Assembly (NCBI RefSeq): GCF_000025125.1
Contig: NC_013771.1
Span: 1,170,001-1,202,000 of the forward strand
DNA length: 32,000 nt
Reading direction: 5' to 3'
Source: Candidatus Atelocyanobacterium thalassa isolate ALOHA
GTDB lineage: Bacteria; Cyanobacteriota; Cyanobacteriia; Cyanobacteriales; Microcystaceae
The notes under the pieces are model-generated. The model saw nothing but the letters and a program-made list of their open reading frames with translations, did not search any database and was not told where the DNA came from. Both the position numbers and the translations under genes were made by a program. Below are positions 19,776 through 29,994 of the stretch, piece after piece (within the stretch, counting starts at the first letter, position 1; each line of letters starts with the position of its first letter).

Positions 19776-20126
19776 ATGCGACATCGATGCCGAGTACCGC
19801 ACTTAGGCAAGCCTGCCGATCAACGAAAAGCTCTATTAAGATCACTTGCAACAGAATTGATCCGCCACGGACAAATTAAAACGACTAAAGTTCGTGCTAA
19901 AGCAGTACAATCTGAAGTAGAGAAAATGATCACTTTAGCCAAAGATGGATCATTACCAGCTAGACGTAAAGCAATGAGTTATCTTTTTGATAAACAATTA
20001 GTTCATGCTTTATTTGCTGATGCACTGGCCCGTTATGGAGAACGTTCTGGAGGTTATACCAGAGTTGTTCGTACTTTACGCCGTCGTGGAGATAATGCTG
20101 AAATGGCTATTATCGAATTGATGTGA
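19776..20126 (+). CDS. rplQ: 50S ribosomal protein L17 (bL17)
   Basis: [37 protein letters not shown]...GGYTRVV. Confidence 0.97.
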   Translation: MRHRCRVPHLGKPADQRKALLRSLATELIRHGQIKTTKVRAKAVQSEVEKMITLAKDGSLPARRKAMSYLFDKQLVHALFADALARYGERSGGYTRVVRTLRRRGDNAEMAIIELM

Positions 20127-20152
20127 TTTTTAAATAGTATTATAAATAGTGA

Positions 20153-20998
20153 ATGAGCACCTCTCATAAGCAGTCGCAATCGAAAAAAAGGATAGCTCTG
20201 ATAATTCAATATTCAGGAAATCGTTTTCATGGTTGGCAAAGGCAACCTTATCGTAGAACTGTTCAAGCAGATATTGAAAATACTATTACTAAATCATTAG
20301 GTTATAAAGTTTCTATTCATGGTGCTGGACGTACTGATGCAGGAGTTCATGCTACTGGACAAGTAGCTCATTTTGATTATGCAGGGCCAATTCCACCAAA
20401 AAGTTTAGCAAGAGTTTTAAATAGATATTTACCAGAGGATATCTTGATTCGTAACTCAAAAGAGGTTTCAATTAACTGGCATGCTAGATTCTCAGCCCAG
20501 TGGCGTCGCTACCGATATACACTGTACACAAACAACGATTGTAATTTGCTCATTAAATCTTACAGTTGGCATTATTATCGTTATCCCCTAAAAGTAAAAT
20601 CAATGTTAGATGCCCTAAAATCATTATTGGGTACACATCATTTAACAGCTTTTAGAAAGAAAGGTTCCCAACGCAACCATTCTTGGGTAGAGATTCAAGA
20701 TGTAGAGTGTTATCGTAAAGGAGCTTTCATTCATATAGAGATTCAAGCTAATGGATTCTTATATGGAATGGTAAGATTACTAATGGGAATGCTAGTAGAA
20801 GTAGGAATTGATAAACTTTCTTTAGCTAATTTTAATCAAATTTGGCGTGATCAAAAGCGTGAATATGTAAGGCATTCTGCCCCAGCTAACGGACTATGTT
20901 TATTGGGAGTAGGTTATCCAGATTTTCCTTTTTCATCAAACACATATTTAGATACTCAACCATTATTTGAAACTAACCAAATAATTCACAAGGACTGA
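20153..20998 (+). CDS. truA: tRNA pseudouridine(38-40) synthase TruA
   Basis: 281 aa, IQYSGNRFHGWQRQP and the catalytic-Asp motif GAGRTDAGVHATGQVAHF. The position after rplQ is conserved in cyanobacteria. Confidence 0.93.
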   Translation: MSTSHKQSQSKKRIALIIQYSGNRFHGWQRQPYRRTVQADIENTITKSLGYKVSIHGAGRTDAGVHATGQVAHFDYAGPIPPKSLARVLNRYLPEDILIRNSKEVSINWHARFSAQWRRYRYTLYTNNDCNLLIKSYSWHYYRYPLKVKSMLDALKSLLGTHHLTAFRKKGSQRNHSWVEIQDVECYRKGAFIHIEIQANGFLYGMVRLLMGMLVEVGIDKLSLANFNQIWRDQKREYVRHSAPANGLCLLGVGYPDFPFSSNTYLDTQPLFETNQIIHKD

Positions 20999-21080
20999 GC
21001 TTCTAATAATATATTTTCTGAAAAATATAATGTTCTCTAAGAGCGATAACCTGAATATTAATTAATATCTAACATTATTT

Positions 21081-21536
21081 ATGAATAAGACAATTACACC
21101 ATCACCAGTAATAATTGAGCAGAAGTGGTATGTTATTGATGCTGAAAAACAGCGTTTAGGACGTCTAGCCTGCGAAATTGCAAAAATTTTGAGGGGTAAG
21201 AAAAAACCGACTTATACTCCTCATCTAGATACCGGGGACTTTATTATTGTAATTAATGCAGAAAAAATTGAAGTTACTGGTCGAAAAAGTCATCAAAAAT
21301 TATACCGCCGCCATTCTGGAAGACCTGGAGGTATGAAAGTTGAAACTTTTGAAAAATTACTAAAAAGAATTCCAGAAAGAATTATTGAAAAGGCTGTAAA
21401 AGGGATGTTACCGAAAAATACCTTAGGACGTCAGCTATTTACAAAGTTAAAAGTATATGCTGGTCCTAGTCATCCTCATCAAGCACAAAAGCCTGAAAAA
21501 TTGATTCTTAATACTATTCCAAATGGAGATCGATAA
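21081..21536 (+). CDS. rplM: 50S ribosomal protein L13 (uL13)
   Basis: 151 aa, [49 protein letters not shown]. Confidence 0.97.
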   Translation: MNKTITPSPVIIEQKWYVIDAEKQRLGRLACEIAKILRGKKKPTYTPHLDTGDFIIVINAEKIEVTGRKSHQKLYRRHSGRPGGMKVETFEKLLKRIPERIIEKAVKGMLPKNTLGRQLFTKLKVYAGPSHPHQAQKPEKLILNTIPNGDR

Positions 21537-21946
21537 TGTCAACTACTGAAGAAAACAAAGCTGTATATTGGGGCACCGGTCGTCGTAAGTCGTCAATTGC
21601 AAGGGTTCGCTTGATTCCGGGAACAGGAGAAATTAAAGTCAACAAAAAAGAAGGAAATTTATATTTCAATCAAATTGCTGATTATATACAAGTTATTAAA
21701 GCTCCTTTAGAGAAGTTGGGCTTAGATAAGGAGTATGATATCTTAGTTAATGCCCATGGTGGAGGATTGACAGGACAAGCAGATGCAGTAAAGCTAGGTG
21801 TGGCAAGAGCACTATGTGAATTAAATCCAGAAAACCGACCAACATTAAAGGCAGAAGGATATTTAACCAGAGATCCTCGTGCTAAGGAACGGAAAAAATA
21901 TGGTTTACATAAAGCACGTAAAGCACCTCAATATTCTAAACGTTAA
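21536..21946 (+). CDS. rpsI: 30S ribosomal protein S9 (uS9)
   Basis: 136 aa, [23 protein letters not shown]...[19 protein letters not shown]...[25 protein letters not shown]. The start overlaps the rplM stop (TAATG). Confidence 0.97.
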   Translation: MSTTEENKAVYWGTGRRKSSIARVRLIPGTGEIKVNKKEGNLYFNQIADYIQVIKAPLEKLGLDKEYDILVNAHGGGLTGQADAVKLGVARALCELNPENRPTLKAEGYLTRDPRAKERKKYGLHKARKAPQYSKR

Positions 21947-22005
21947 TCATCATAACTTTCTATTGCAATAAGTAATGAGAAACATCTTATAAGGAGATAT
22001 TAGAA

Positions 22006-22260
22006 ATGCCGAAGCCAAATATTCACCCAACTTGGTATCCTGAAGCAAAAGTAACTTGCAATGGCGAAGTTATAATGACTGTAGGATCTACTAGCCCTGA
22101 AATTAATGTAGAAGTATGGTCGGGTAATCACCCTTTTTATACTGGTACTCAAAAAATTATTGATACCGAAGGAAGGGTAGATCGCTTCCAGAAACGATAT
22201 GCTATGATTGGCAAGAAAGTTAATAAAGAAGCATCAGAATCAAGTAGTGAGACGAAATAA
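22006..22260 (+). CDS. rpmE: 50S ribosomal protein L31 (bL31)
   Basis: [61 protein letters not shown]. Confidence 0.96.
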   Translation: MPKPNIHPTWYPEAKVTCNGEVIMTVGSTSPEINVEVWSGNHPFYTGTQKIIDTEGRVDRFQKRYAMIGKKVNKEASESSSETK

Positions 22261-22277
22261 AGGTCACTATAAGATTT

Positions 22278-22313
22278 AGAACCCAGCAGTAAACTGCTGG
22301 GTTCTCTTTATCT
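22278..22313 (+). terminator. Intrinsic terminator at the end of the ribosomal protein supercluster
   Basis: AGAACCCAGCAG-taaa-CTGCTGGGTTCT forms a 12-bp G/C-containing stem (22278-22289 with 22294-22305). It is followed by CTTTATCT and lies 18 nt after the rpmE stop. It is the most G/C-rich hairpin I saw in any spacer in the window. Confidence 0.65.
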
Positions 22314-22345
22314 ATAAAATAATAAGAATAAATTATAAAAATACT

Positions 22346-23449
22346 ATGGCTGAATCATATTTATTAAATAAATTACATTCTGTTGAGCAAACCTTTAATG
22401 AACTAACTCGTCGTTTAGCCGATCCTAGTATTGCTACAAATCCAAATGAATTGCAAAAAGTTGCTAAAACACGTTCTTCTTTAGAAGAGACAGTTAATGC
22501 TTATGAACAATGGAAAAAAACTGAAAAAGAATTATTAGAAACAAAACAGATAGTGAAAGATGCTGGAGGAGATCATGAAATGAGAGAAATGGCATCTATA
22601 GAAGCTAAGGAACTAGAAATAAAATTAAATAATTTAGAAGAATTAATGAAAATTCTTTTACTTCCTCGTGATCCGAACGACGATAAAAATATCATGTTAG
22701 AGATTAGAGCCGGAACAGGAGGAGATGAAGCTAGCATTTGGGCAGGTGACTTAGCGAGAATGTACTCACGCTATGCAGAATCTCAAAATTGGGTAGTTAA
22801 ATTGGCAAATGAATCTCTTGCTGATATGGGTGGTATTAAAGAAACTATTCTTGAGATAACCGGAGATAAAGTCTTTAGTAAGTTGAAGTTTGAAGCAGGA
22901 GTACATAGAGTGCAAAGAGTACCAGTAACAGAAGCTGGTGGAAGAGTTCACACCTCGACAGCAACAGTAGCTATTATGCCAGAAGTAGATGAAGTAGAAG
23001 TAAAGATTGATGCAAAAGATATAGATATGAGTACAGCTCGTTCTGGAGGTGCTGGAGGGCAAAATGTTAACAAAGTTGAGACAGCTGTAGATTTATTTCA
23101 TAAACCTACAGGTATCAGAATCTTTTGTACTGAAGAAAGATCACAATTACAAAACAGAGAAAGAGCTATGCAGATTCTAAGAGCAAAATTGTATGAAGCT
23201 AAATTAAGAGAGCAGCAAGAAGAGATAAGTTCAATGAGAAAATCTCAAGTAGGTACAGGATCAAGATCAGAAAAAATACGTACTTACAATTATAAGGACA
23301 ATAGAGTAACAGATCATAGACTGGGACAAAATTTTGCTCTGTCAGGAATTTTAGAAGGTGACATTGATATATTAATAGAATCATGCATATCTCAAGATCA
23401 ACAAGAACGTTTACAAGAACTAGCAAATTCTCCAGAAATGACAATATAG
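22346..23449 (+). CDS. prfA: Peptide chain release factor 1
   Basis: 367 aa with the GGQ motif ([17 protein letters not shown]) and the RF1-type P-x-T tripeptide (RVPVTE). Confidence 0.96.
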   Translation: MAESYLLNKLHSVEQTFNELTRRLADPSIATNPNELQKVAKTRSSLEETVNAYEQWKKTEKELLETKQIVKDAGGDHEMREMASIEAKELEIKLNNLEELMKILLLPRDPNDDKNIMLEIRAGTGGDEASIWAGDLARMYSRYAESQNWVVKLANESLADMGGIKETILEITGDKVFSKLKFEAGVHRVQRVPVTEAGGRVHTSTATVAIMPEVDEVEVKIDAKDIDMSTARSGGAGGQNVNKVETAVDLFHKPTGIRIFCTEERSQLQNRERAMQILRAKLYEAKLREQQEEISSMRKSQVGTGSRSEKIRTYNYKDNRVTDHRLGQNFALSGILEGDIDILIESCISQDQQERLQELANSPEMTI

Positions 23450-23648
23450 TATATTAATTTATAGTTCTTTTTTAAAACTTTAAATAAGTAAAAATTTATA
23501 AACCAAGATATACATATTATCTTTTAGTACACAATAAAACTAATACTATCTATATAAATTTTATTCATTAGACGGAATCTTACAAATTGGGATTAAAAAA
23601 TATCCAAAATATAATAATATTTAAGTTCTATATTTTAATGGAATCATA

Positions 23649-24434
23649 TTATAACTGAGGTATCCATTCCAGTAAAATGCTTACCTGACTATCTTTTTTT
23701 ATTCGCGAGTTTTGCTTTTCTATTTCAGTTGATAAACGCATATTTGGTGTTATTGCATAACCAAAAGATAAATTAGTAATTCCTACTTCATCCACGTTAC
23801 CAGGAGATAAAAAAGTTTGAATAATTGAAATATCAGATGCTCCAGATCTGGATAAAGCAAAAATTAATTTTCCGCCGATATTTAAGCCATCTTCACTATA
23901 TTTATTTGTACTAATAGTTCTATAACCTAAAACCGGAGAAATATTAAGATAATATCCTAGAGGTAATAAATAGTATTGTAAGCTTATTCCTCCAGCATCT
24001 CTTTTAGTAAAAGAAGTCTGAAAATCACCGCTAATGCTAAGTCCTGTTTCCCCTAAAAAAAAATCTTTCGCTTTAACAATAAAACCACCACTGTGCTGAT
24101 TAGATGGAAATTCTGTATAACCTAATCCTATGACAGTTTTAAAACTGGGAGTATATTTTATATCTTCCAAAATATTGGGTATTTTTTCAATCCATCTTTG
24201 TAAAACTTTGCTACTGTTAATTACATCTAGAGGTAAATCAAGAGATTGATTGATCGAATCATTAATATTTGAATTCGATTCAAGATAAACAGGTTGACTA
24301 TAAGTTTTTTTATTTAATAAGCCAAGTAATACTACAGAAATAGCAATAATAAAAAAATTAAATTTAAATAATATTTTATTTTTTTTTATGGTTGAGTAGA
24401 TACTATTCACTAAGTCAAATTTAGAATTATACAT
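23649..24434 (-). CDS. Hypothetical membrane or secreted protein, beta-strand-rich (possibly a small outer-membrane beta-barrel)
   Basis: 261-aa ORF. One N-terminal hydrophobic segment (FNFFIIAISVVLLGLL) is followed by alternating hydrophobic/polar stretches (ISLQYYLLPLGYYLNISPVLGY, LNIGGKLIFALS, ITNLSFGYAITPNMRLSTEIE, VSILLEWIP). No family was recognised. Confidence 0.55.
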   Translation of the reverse strand: MYNSKFDLVNSIYSTIKKNKILFKFNFFIIAISVVLLGLLNKKTYSQPVYLESNSNINDSINQSLDLPLDVINSSKVLQRWIEKIPNILEDIKYTPSFKTVIGLGYTEFPSNQHSGGFIVKAKDFFLGETGLSISGDFQTSFTKRDAGGISLQYYLLPLGYYLNISPVLGYRTISTNKYSEDGLNIGGKLIFALSRSGASDISIIQTFLSPGNVDEVGITNLSFGYAITPNMRLSTEIEKQNSRIKKDSQVSILLEWIPQL

Positions 24435-24449
24435 CTGAAATATACGTAT

Positions 24450-24917
24450 TTAATTTAAATGTTTAATCAAATCAAATGAAAAATCACCAACAGTCGTTAA
24501 GATAATTTGACGGCTTATGTTGTTGATATAAAAAAAATCTATTTTTAAATAGTTAGCAGGAAGATGTAGTAGTCTTTCTGGCCATTCAATTACTGTTATG
24601 CCAGGTAGAATATCTTCTTTTTCCCAGTATTGTTCCAAAAATAAATCCTCTACCATGTTTTTTTCAGTTCTATATAGATCAAGATGATAAAGAGGTAGAT
24701 GACCTTGATAATATTCATTGACTAAAATAAAAGTAGGACTAACGATAGGATCATCAATTCTTAATCCTTTTCCTATCCCTTGAACAAAAGTAGTTTTTCC
24801 TGCTCCCAGATCACCTTTTAATAATAAGATGCTCTTCTTAGGTAGAATTTTTCCTAATCGTTCACCAAAAGCTAAAGTTGTTTGATGACTATGTAAAACT
24901 AACGACTTATGGCTCAT
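24450..24917 (-). CDS. tsaE: tRNA t6A37 threonylcarbamoyltransferase complex ATPase subunit TsaE (YjeE)
   Basis: 155 aa, P-loop LLKGDLGAGKTTFVQGI and ...SPTFILVNEY...LYHLDLYR, typical of TsaE. Confidence 0.9.
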   Translation of the reverse strand: MSHKSLVLHSHQTTLAFGERLGKILPKKSILLLKGDLGAGKTTFVQGIGKGLRIDDPIVSPTFILVNEYYQGHLPLYHLDLYRTEKNMVEDLFLEQYWEKEDILPGITVIEWPERLLHLPANYLKIDFFYINNISRQIILTTVGDFSFDLIKHLN

Positions 24918-24935
24918 ATGTCTTGCTATATCAAT

Positions 24936-25904
24936 TTAACTAATAGATTTTAATTTTATTGATTTATTTTGCTCAATATGTCTTGGTATGCTGTAGGTCA
25001 TAAAATCATGAGCAAGAATAGTATTAGGGAAAATAGCCTTTGCTTCATTAAGTAGATCGCTTAGTTGCAAGTTATTTCCTGGCGCATAACGAGGACTAAA
25101 ATGAGTAAGTATCAGTTTTTTAGCTTTCGCACCCAAGGCAACTTGTGCAGCCATAGTTGAGGTAGAATGTAAACGTTCAAATGCAAGTTGAGAGTCTTGA
25201 TGTGCAAAAGTTGCTTCATGAATTAAGATATCAGCATTTCTAGCTAACTCAACTGCTTCTTCACAAAATATTGTATCTGTACAATAAATTAATTTCCGTC
25301 CTTTTTCTACTTTTCCACATAGATCTTGTCCTCTAATAAAGCGTCCATCATCTAATTGAATTGTTTTTCCTTGTTTTAGCTCACCATAAATTGGTCCAGG
25401 AGGAATTCCTAAAGAAACAGCTTTTTTCACATCAAAACGTCCTGGACGATCTTTTTCAATAACACAATAACCATGAGCTGGTATACGATGCCGTAACAAT
25501 TTAGCACTAATTATAAATTCATTATCTTCATAAAAAGTTCCTGAACTAATCTCATTAATGCGAATACCATATGGCAATTTGAAATGAGAGTATTGTGCAC
25601 AGGATCTTAAGTAATTATCTAGTTCTTGAGGACCATAGATTTCAATAGGCTGTCGATTGCCTGCTAAGTTACAACTCGCTATTAGTCCCATTAGGCCATA
25701 GATATGATCTCCATGCATATGAGTAATAAAAATTTTAGTTATTTGAGAAGCCTTAACATCACTTTTTGATAATTGATGTTGAGTCCCTTCTCCACAATCA
25801 AACAACCAAACTTCTCCTCTCTGTTGTAGACGTAAAGCTACGCTTGAAACGTTACGTGATCGAGTTGGTACACCAGAACTAGTTCCTAAAAAGGTTATCT
25901 CCAC
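24936..25904 (-). CDS. rnz: Ribonuclease Z (tRNA 3' endonuclease)
   Basis: 322 aa with a GTG start. (M)EITFLGTSSGVPTRSRNVSSVAL and the metallo-beta-lactamase motif HMHGDHIYGL. Confidence 0.93.
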   Translation of the reverse strand: MEITFLGTSSGVPTRSRNVSSVALRLQQRGEVWLFDCGEGTQHQLSKSDVKASQITKIFITHMHGDHIYGLMGLIASCNLAGNRQPIEIYGPQELDNYLRSCAQYSHFKLPYGIRINEISSGTFYEDNEFIISAKLLRHRIPAHGYCVIEKDRPGRFDVKKAVSLGIPPGPIYGELKQGKTIQLDDGRFIRGQDLCGKVEKGRKLIYCTDTIFCEEAVELARNADILIHEATFAHQDSQLAFERLHSTSTMAAQVALGAKAKKLILTHFSPRYAPGNNLQLSDLLNEAKAIFPNTILAHDFMTYSIPRHIEQNKSIKLKSIS

Positions 25905-26016
25905 AGTTAGCTTGTATTATTTATATACTCTTACTAATGTTACATAGTAAAATCAAAAAAGAACAAATTCTTGAAAAATTATACATACCGAATATTTAAA
26001 TATGAATAATTGATTT

Positions 26017-27375
26017 TCATTCCAATAACGTCTTGACAGTACCATCAGGAATTAATACAAGACGAATTGACTGACTATTTAATGTTTTTAAAGGAGAGAC
26101 AAAAGGAGAACCAGCTTCTGGAAATTCTATCTGGGAACGATAAACCATAGCCAAATGACCTAAAGGAATACTTTTTTTAAAAGAACCATTATTTTCAATA
26201 ATTAAACGATACTCTATTGTCTGTTCCAAATTTTCTAAAGGTTTCCATCTTTTTTGAAAATATTCTTGAATCTCATCAAGCTGAGGAATAGTAATAGATA
26301 ATTTATTTTCCATGTTGTACTTATTTAAATTTTTATCTTCCAAAGCTAAAAGATGATCAGATGTATTTTCTTTATTAATATTTTTCTCCCTGACAAAAGT
26401 CTTCCTATTCAATATCGGTGGAGTAGGTAGTCTGGAATATTTTGATGATACTTGAGGTTGTGCTAGGTAATTGACATTGCCGGAGATTTTCGCATCGTTT
26501 TCATTAATTTGTGGTCTGCTAGATTTAGAAGATAAATTTGATGGTGAGGATTGAAATTTAGGAGGGTTAGATTTATTTAGTGGTAGTAGTGACTGAGTAA
26601 TTTTCTTAGGAGGCGGTAATGGAGATAGTTGAGATAAGGATGGTGGTAAAGAAGGAGAAGGTGAAGAAGGCTTTAGTTCCGGGGGGACAGGAGGAACAAC
26701 ATCTAAAAACGAAAGAATATTTTCTTGAGATTTTACTAATTTTTCAGTATCTGTATGTTTTGATTCTAATGTTTTGTTAATTTTGATTCCAATGATGAAA
26801 AAATTAGTAAATATAAAAGCAATAATTAATTTTTTACTTAAGGTAAAAAATTGATTATTGAAAAAAACTTTTTTCTGACTTGTTAGCGTAGTTATATTAT
26901 GAATATATTTTTCTAAAGCATATAAAAGATCAAATAATTGACAAGAATTAAGTTTAATAGATGAACAAGTATTATTATTTGCTAAATATCCAAGGAAAAG
27001 ATTATGAGTGAAAAGATCATCAGAACAAAAGTAAGGATCTAGCTTATAGATATCCTCTTCCAATTTTTTTTCACTAATTTTAATTAATTTGTTTTGGTTA
27101 TTACGAGGATCTATAAAAGAGAAAGTATTCTTGAGATTATTATTAATGTACGACTGAACAATATCACATAGAGATTTCAGGTGAAAATGATTACCTGAAA
27201 TACTAATCTGATCTTCTACCATAACTTTAGGATCGTCAAATGATAATTCAAATTCAATATCATCTAACAGTATCGGTTTTTGTAAACGAAGTGCCAAAGA
27301 ACGTTTATCCCATATTTTCAAGGTACAGGTAGGTGGCGTAAAAGTCTGTATAAGGTGATTACTCAGTAATATCAT
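26017..27375 (-). CDS. Conserved cyanobacterial protein of unknown function, DUF4335-like: N-terminal domain, one transmembrane helix, Pro/Ser-rich linker, C-terminal domain
   Basis: 452 aa. From memory, the N-terminal FTPPTCTLKIWDK resembles the YTPPTCTLEI signature of DUF4335 proteins; I could not verify this here. Hydrophobic segment LIIAFIFTNFFIIGIKI, then VPPVPPELKPSSPSPSLPPSLSQLSPLPPPKK... The ATG at 27375 overlaps the upstream gene by 17 nt. Confidence 0.65.
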   Translation of the reverse strand: MILLSNHLIQTFTPPTCTLKIWDKRSLALRLQKPILLDDIEFELSFDDPKVMVEDQISISGNHFHLKSLCDIVQSYINNNLKNTFSFIDPRNNQNKLIKISEKKLEEDIYKLDPYFCSDDLFTHNLFLGYLANNNTCSSIKLNSCQLFDLLYALEKYIHNITTLTSQKKVFFNNQFFTLSKKLIIAFIFTNFFIIGIKINKTLESKHTDTEKLVKSQENILSFLDVVPPVPPELKPSSPSPSLPPSLSQLSPLPPPKKITQSLLPLNKSNPPKFQSSPSNLSSKSSRPQINENDAKISGNVNYLAQPQVSSKYSRLPTPPILNRKTFVREKNINKENTSDHLLALEDKNLNKYNMENKLSITIPQLDEIQEYFQKRWKPLENLEQTIEYRLIIENNGSFKKSIPLGHLAMVYRSQIEFPEAGSPFVSPLKTLNSQSIRLVLIPDGTVKTLLE

Positions 27376-27961
27376 GAAAATTTAACAAGCTATAGTTTAA
27401 TGAGGTTGACCACAAACGAATATATCCACTATCTGAACTATAAAATAATAAGTCTAACAATAGTTTTGAGGCCAATTGAAACTCTTCGTCTATGGATAGT
27501 TTTTTGTTTTCTTTTACTTTATATTTATAGTAGTAGCTAAAATTACTAAAATATTTACCAAGTAGTGTACTCTGTTTTGGATCTTTATTTTGTTGTGTCA
27601 TTTGTTCAAGCAAGGTAATTGCTCTACGGATTAACTCCTCGTGTTGCCCAACAACACAACATATAAGAATTGTTGATAATTTTGTTTGTTTTACAGTACA
27701 ACCTTCTAGGAAATCCCGAGATTTCTTAACATCTTGACCAGACCAGAGCTTAATTTCTTTTGTTAAATATGTATTCATCCCTAAGTCTAGAGAAGACTGA
27801 AATATCATATCTGTAGTAATAGGAATTAAAGACTCACTAGCTAACAATACCAGGTCTAAATAAAAATGAACATTGTTAAGGTTTTTAGATACAGAAAAGT
27901 TACTAAGAGGTTCATTTATCCAACGATCCATTATGACAGAGTTGGTAACAGCTAAAGACAT
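27359..27961 (-). CDS. Conserved cyanobacterial protein of unknown function, possibly DUF3038-like
   Basis: The ORF track gives 27359..28003, but that first codon is TTG. The first ATG is at 27961-27959 (MSLAVTNSVIMDRW...), giving about 200 aa. The LDLVLLASESL ... LW pattern and the adjacency to a DUF4335-like gene suggest the family. The assignment is tentative. Confidence 0.55.
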   Translation of the reverse strand: MSLAVTNSVIMDRWINEPLSNFSVSKNLNNVHFYLDLVLLASESLIPITTDMIFQSSLDLGMNTYLTKEIKLWSGQDVKKSRDFLEGCTVKQTKLSTILICCVVGQHEELIRRAITLLEQMTQQNKDPKQSTLLGKYFSNFSYYYKYKVKENKKLSIDEEFQLASKLLLDLLFYSSDSGYIRLWSTSLNYSLLNFHDITE

Positions 27962-28224
27962 ATAATATTTTTTTAGATTAAATTTACTATCAAATTTCAA
28001 CAAATAATTATCTCTAATAATAATTTAGATATGACTTTTTAAAAATAAAAATTTTTTTAAAAATTAGAAAAAGATATATTAATATTTACCTTAAATTAGT
28101 TTAACTACTAAGATAATAAATTTTTGAATTAATGAAGAAAGTAAAATATTTTGTTTTTAATTTATACACGATATTTTTTTCTAGGACAGAAATTAAAACA
28201 TCCTAGCCCATCTTCATTTAACAT

Positions 28225-28233
28225 TGATAGAAT
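28225..28233 (+). promoter_or_regulatory. Candidate extended -10 promoter element for tig
   Basis: TGATAGAAT (TG at 28225-26, TAGAAT at 28228-28233) lies 37 nt upstream of the tig ATG. There is no convincing -35. It sits in a 266-bp divergent AT-rich spacer. Confidence 0.25.
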
Positions 28234-28269
28234 ATGAAGTAATGACAAATTCCCAGAACTATAAAATCT

Positions 28270-29646
28270 ATGAAAATAACCCAGGAAAAACTCCCTAACA
28301 GTCAAATTGGTTTAAAAGTTGAGATCCCTGCTGAAACCGCTCAAAAAGCTTATGAAATTAAGATTAATACCTTGGCTCGTACTGCCAATATTCCTGGGTT
28401 TCGTAAAGGAAAAGTACCTCGTTCTATTCTTTTACAACGTTTAGGAAATCGCTATATTAAAGCAGCTACTTTAGAAGAATTAGTACAAGATAGTTTAAAA
28501 AAAGCTATAGATAAGGAGTCTATAAAAGCTATAGGTAACTATACTTTAAAAGATAATTTAGATAAATTAATTGATGAGTTCCAACCTGGTCAACCTCTTA
28601 CATTTTCAGCTCAAATTGATGTTCCTCCTTCAGTTCAGCTAGGGACATATAAAGAGCTATGTATAAAGGCGGAAGAAAAAAATTATGATACAGAACAAGT
28701 TGAGAATTGGCTAAAAGAACGTCAAGAAAAACTAGCAACACTAGTTCCTGTTGAAGATCGCTCTTCTCAGATAGGTGATGTGGCAATAGTTGATTATCAA
28801 GGTTTCCTAATTTCTGAAGGAAAAGTGGCGGATCAACCAATTGAAGGTGTAGAAGGGAAAAATTTCCGTGTTGATCTTGAAAAAGGAAAATTTATTGAAG
28901 GAATGATCGAAGGAATAGTAGGAATGAAGCCTGGAGAATCTAAAGAATTACCATTAATTTTTCCAGAAGATTATCCTAGAGAAGACTTAGCCAAAAAGTC
29001 TGTTAACTTTAATATTAAATTAACAGAGTTAAAAGCTAAAGAGCTTCCTGAACTAGATAATGACTTTGCTGATGAAGTTAGTGAATTTGGAACCATAACT
29101 GAATTAAAAAATTCTTTAGAGAAACAATTTATCGAGTCTGCTAAGTCAGAAACTCAAGACAATATTCATAACGCAATTACAGAAGAGTTAACTAAAAACT
29201 GTATTGTAGACCTACCTGATACTTTAATACAGGAAGAAATAACTAAACTTCTAACTCAAACTGCAATGAAAATGGAAGAGATGGGAGTTGATTTATCAAC
29301 AATCTTCAATAAAGACAATTTACCCAAATTAAGAGAAAATGCTCATCCTGAAGCTATAGTAAGACTTAAAAAAATTCTTATTCTTCAAGAAATAGCTTCT
29401 GTAGAAACTATTGCAATAGAAGAAAAAGAAATTGAAAGTAAAAGCAATGAACTTAAAGAAAAACTTAAAGGACAAAATATTGATCTTGATAAACTATATG
29501 TAACAGTAAAAGAGCAACTTATGGTTGAAAAAACTTTAAACTGGTTACAAGAAAAATCAGAAATTGAATTATGTGAGTCAGGGAGTTTAGATATTACAAG
29601 CAAGAAAGACTCAGATGTTACCGAAGAGATTATTCCTGAGGTCTAA
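28270..29646 (+). CDS. tig: Trigger factor (ribosome-associated chaperone / PPIase)
   Basis: 458 aa. The N-terminal ribosome-binding signature is IPGFRKGKVPRSILLQRLG, followed by a central FKBP-like domain (GDVAIVDYQGF...) and an acidic C-terminus. Confidence 0.95.
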   Translation: MKITQEKLPNSQIGLKVEIPAETAQKAYEIKINTLARTANIPGFRKGKVPRSILLQRLGNRYIKAATLEELVQDSLKKAIDKESIKAIGNYTLKDNLDKLIDEFQPGQPLTFSAQIDVPPSVQLGTYKELCIKAEEKNYDTEQVENWLKERQEKLATLVPVEDRSSQIGDVAIVDYQGFLISEGKVADQPIEGVEGKNFRVDLEKGKFIEGMIEGIVGMKPGESKELPLIFPEDYPREDLAKKSVNFNIKLTELKAKELPELDNDFADEVSEFGTITELKNSLEKQFIESAKSETQDNIHNAITEELTKNCIVDLPDTLIQEEITKLLTQTAMKMEEMGVDLSTIFNKDNLPKLRENAHPEAIVRLKKILILQEIASVETIAIEEKEIESKSNELKEKLKGQNIDLDKLYVTVKEQLMVEKTLNWLQEKSEIELCESGSLDITSKKDSDVTEEIIPEV

Positions 29647-29994
29647 TACTAACTGTAGAGGTATTCATAAAATTATCCTCTACTACTTACTATAAATTTT
29701 ATAGAAAAACTCTCATTAAGGGACAATATTTTCTAGTAAAAGTTTGAAAATAACTATAAAAAATCTAATTATTAGGTATTTCTATCTTAATTCTTCTTTT
29801 ATTGAATAATTAACTTTACTTAATATGATTTATTTAGCAAAAATCTATTTTCAATAATTTAGAAAAGATTTTTTTATTTCTTATGCATTTCATAAGCTTT
29901 TATTTTTAATGATATTTAAAAACCATAACTATAAGTTTTATGAGACAATAGCATACATCAAAAATATAATTTATTAAGGGAACCTATACTTATA

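Noticed and set aside
22766-23444. Two - strand ORFs inside prfA (22766..23062 and 23199..23444), and two inside tig (28598..28840 and 29385..29603).
   Set aside because: They are antisense shadow ORFs within genes identified by strong motifs.
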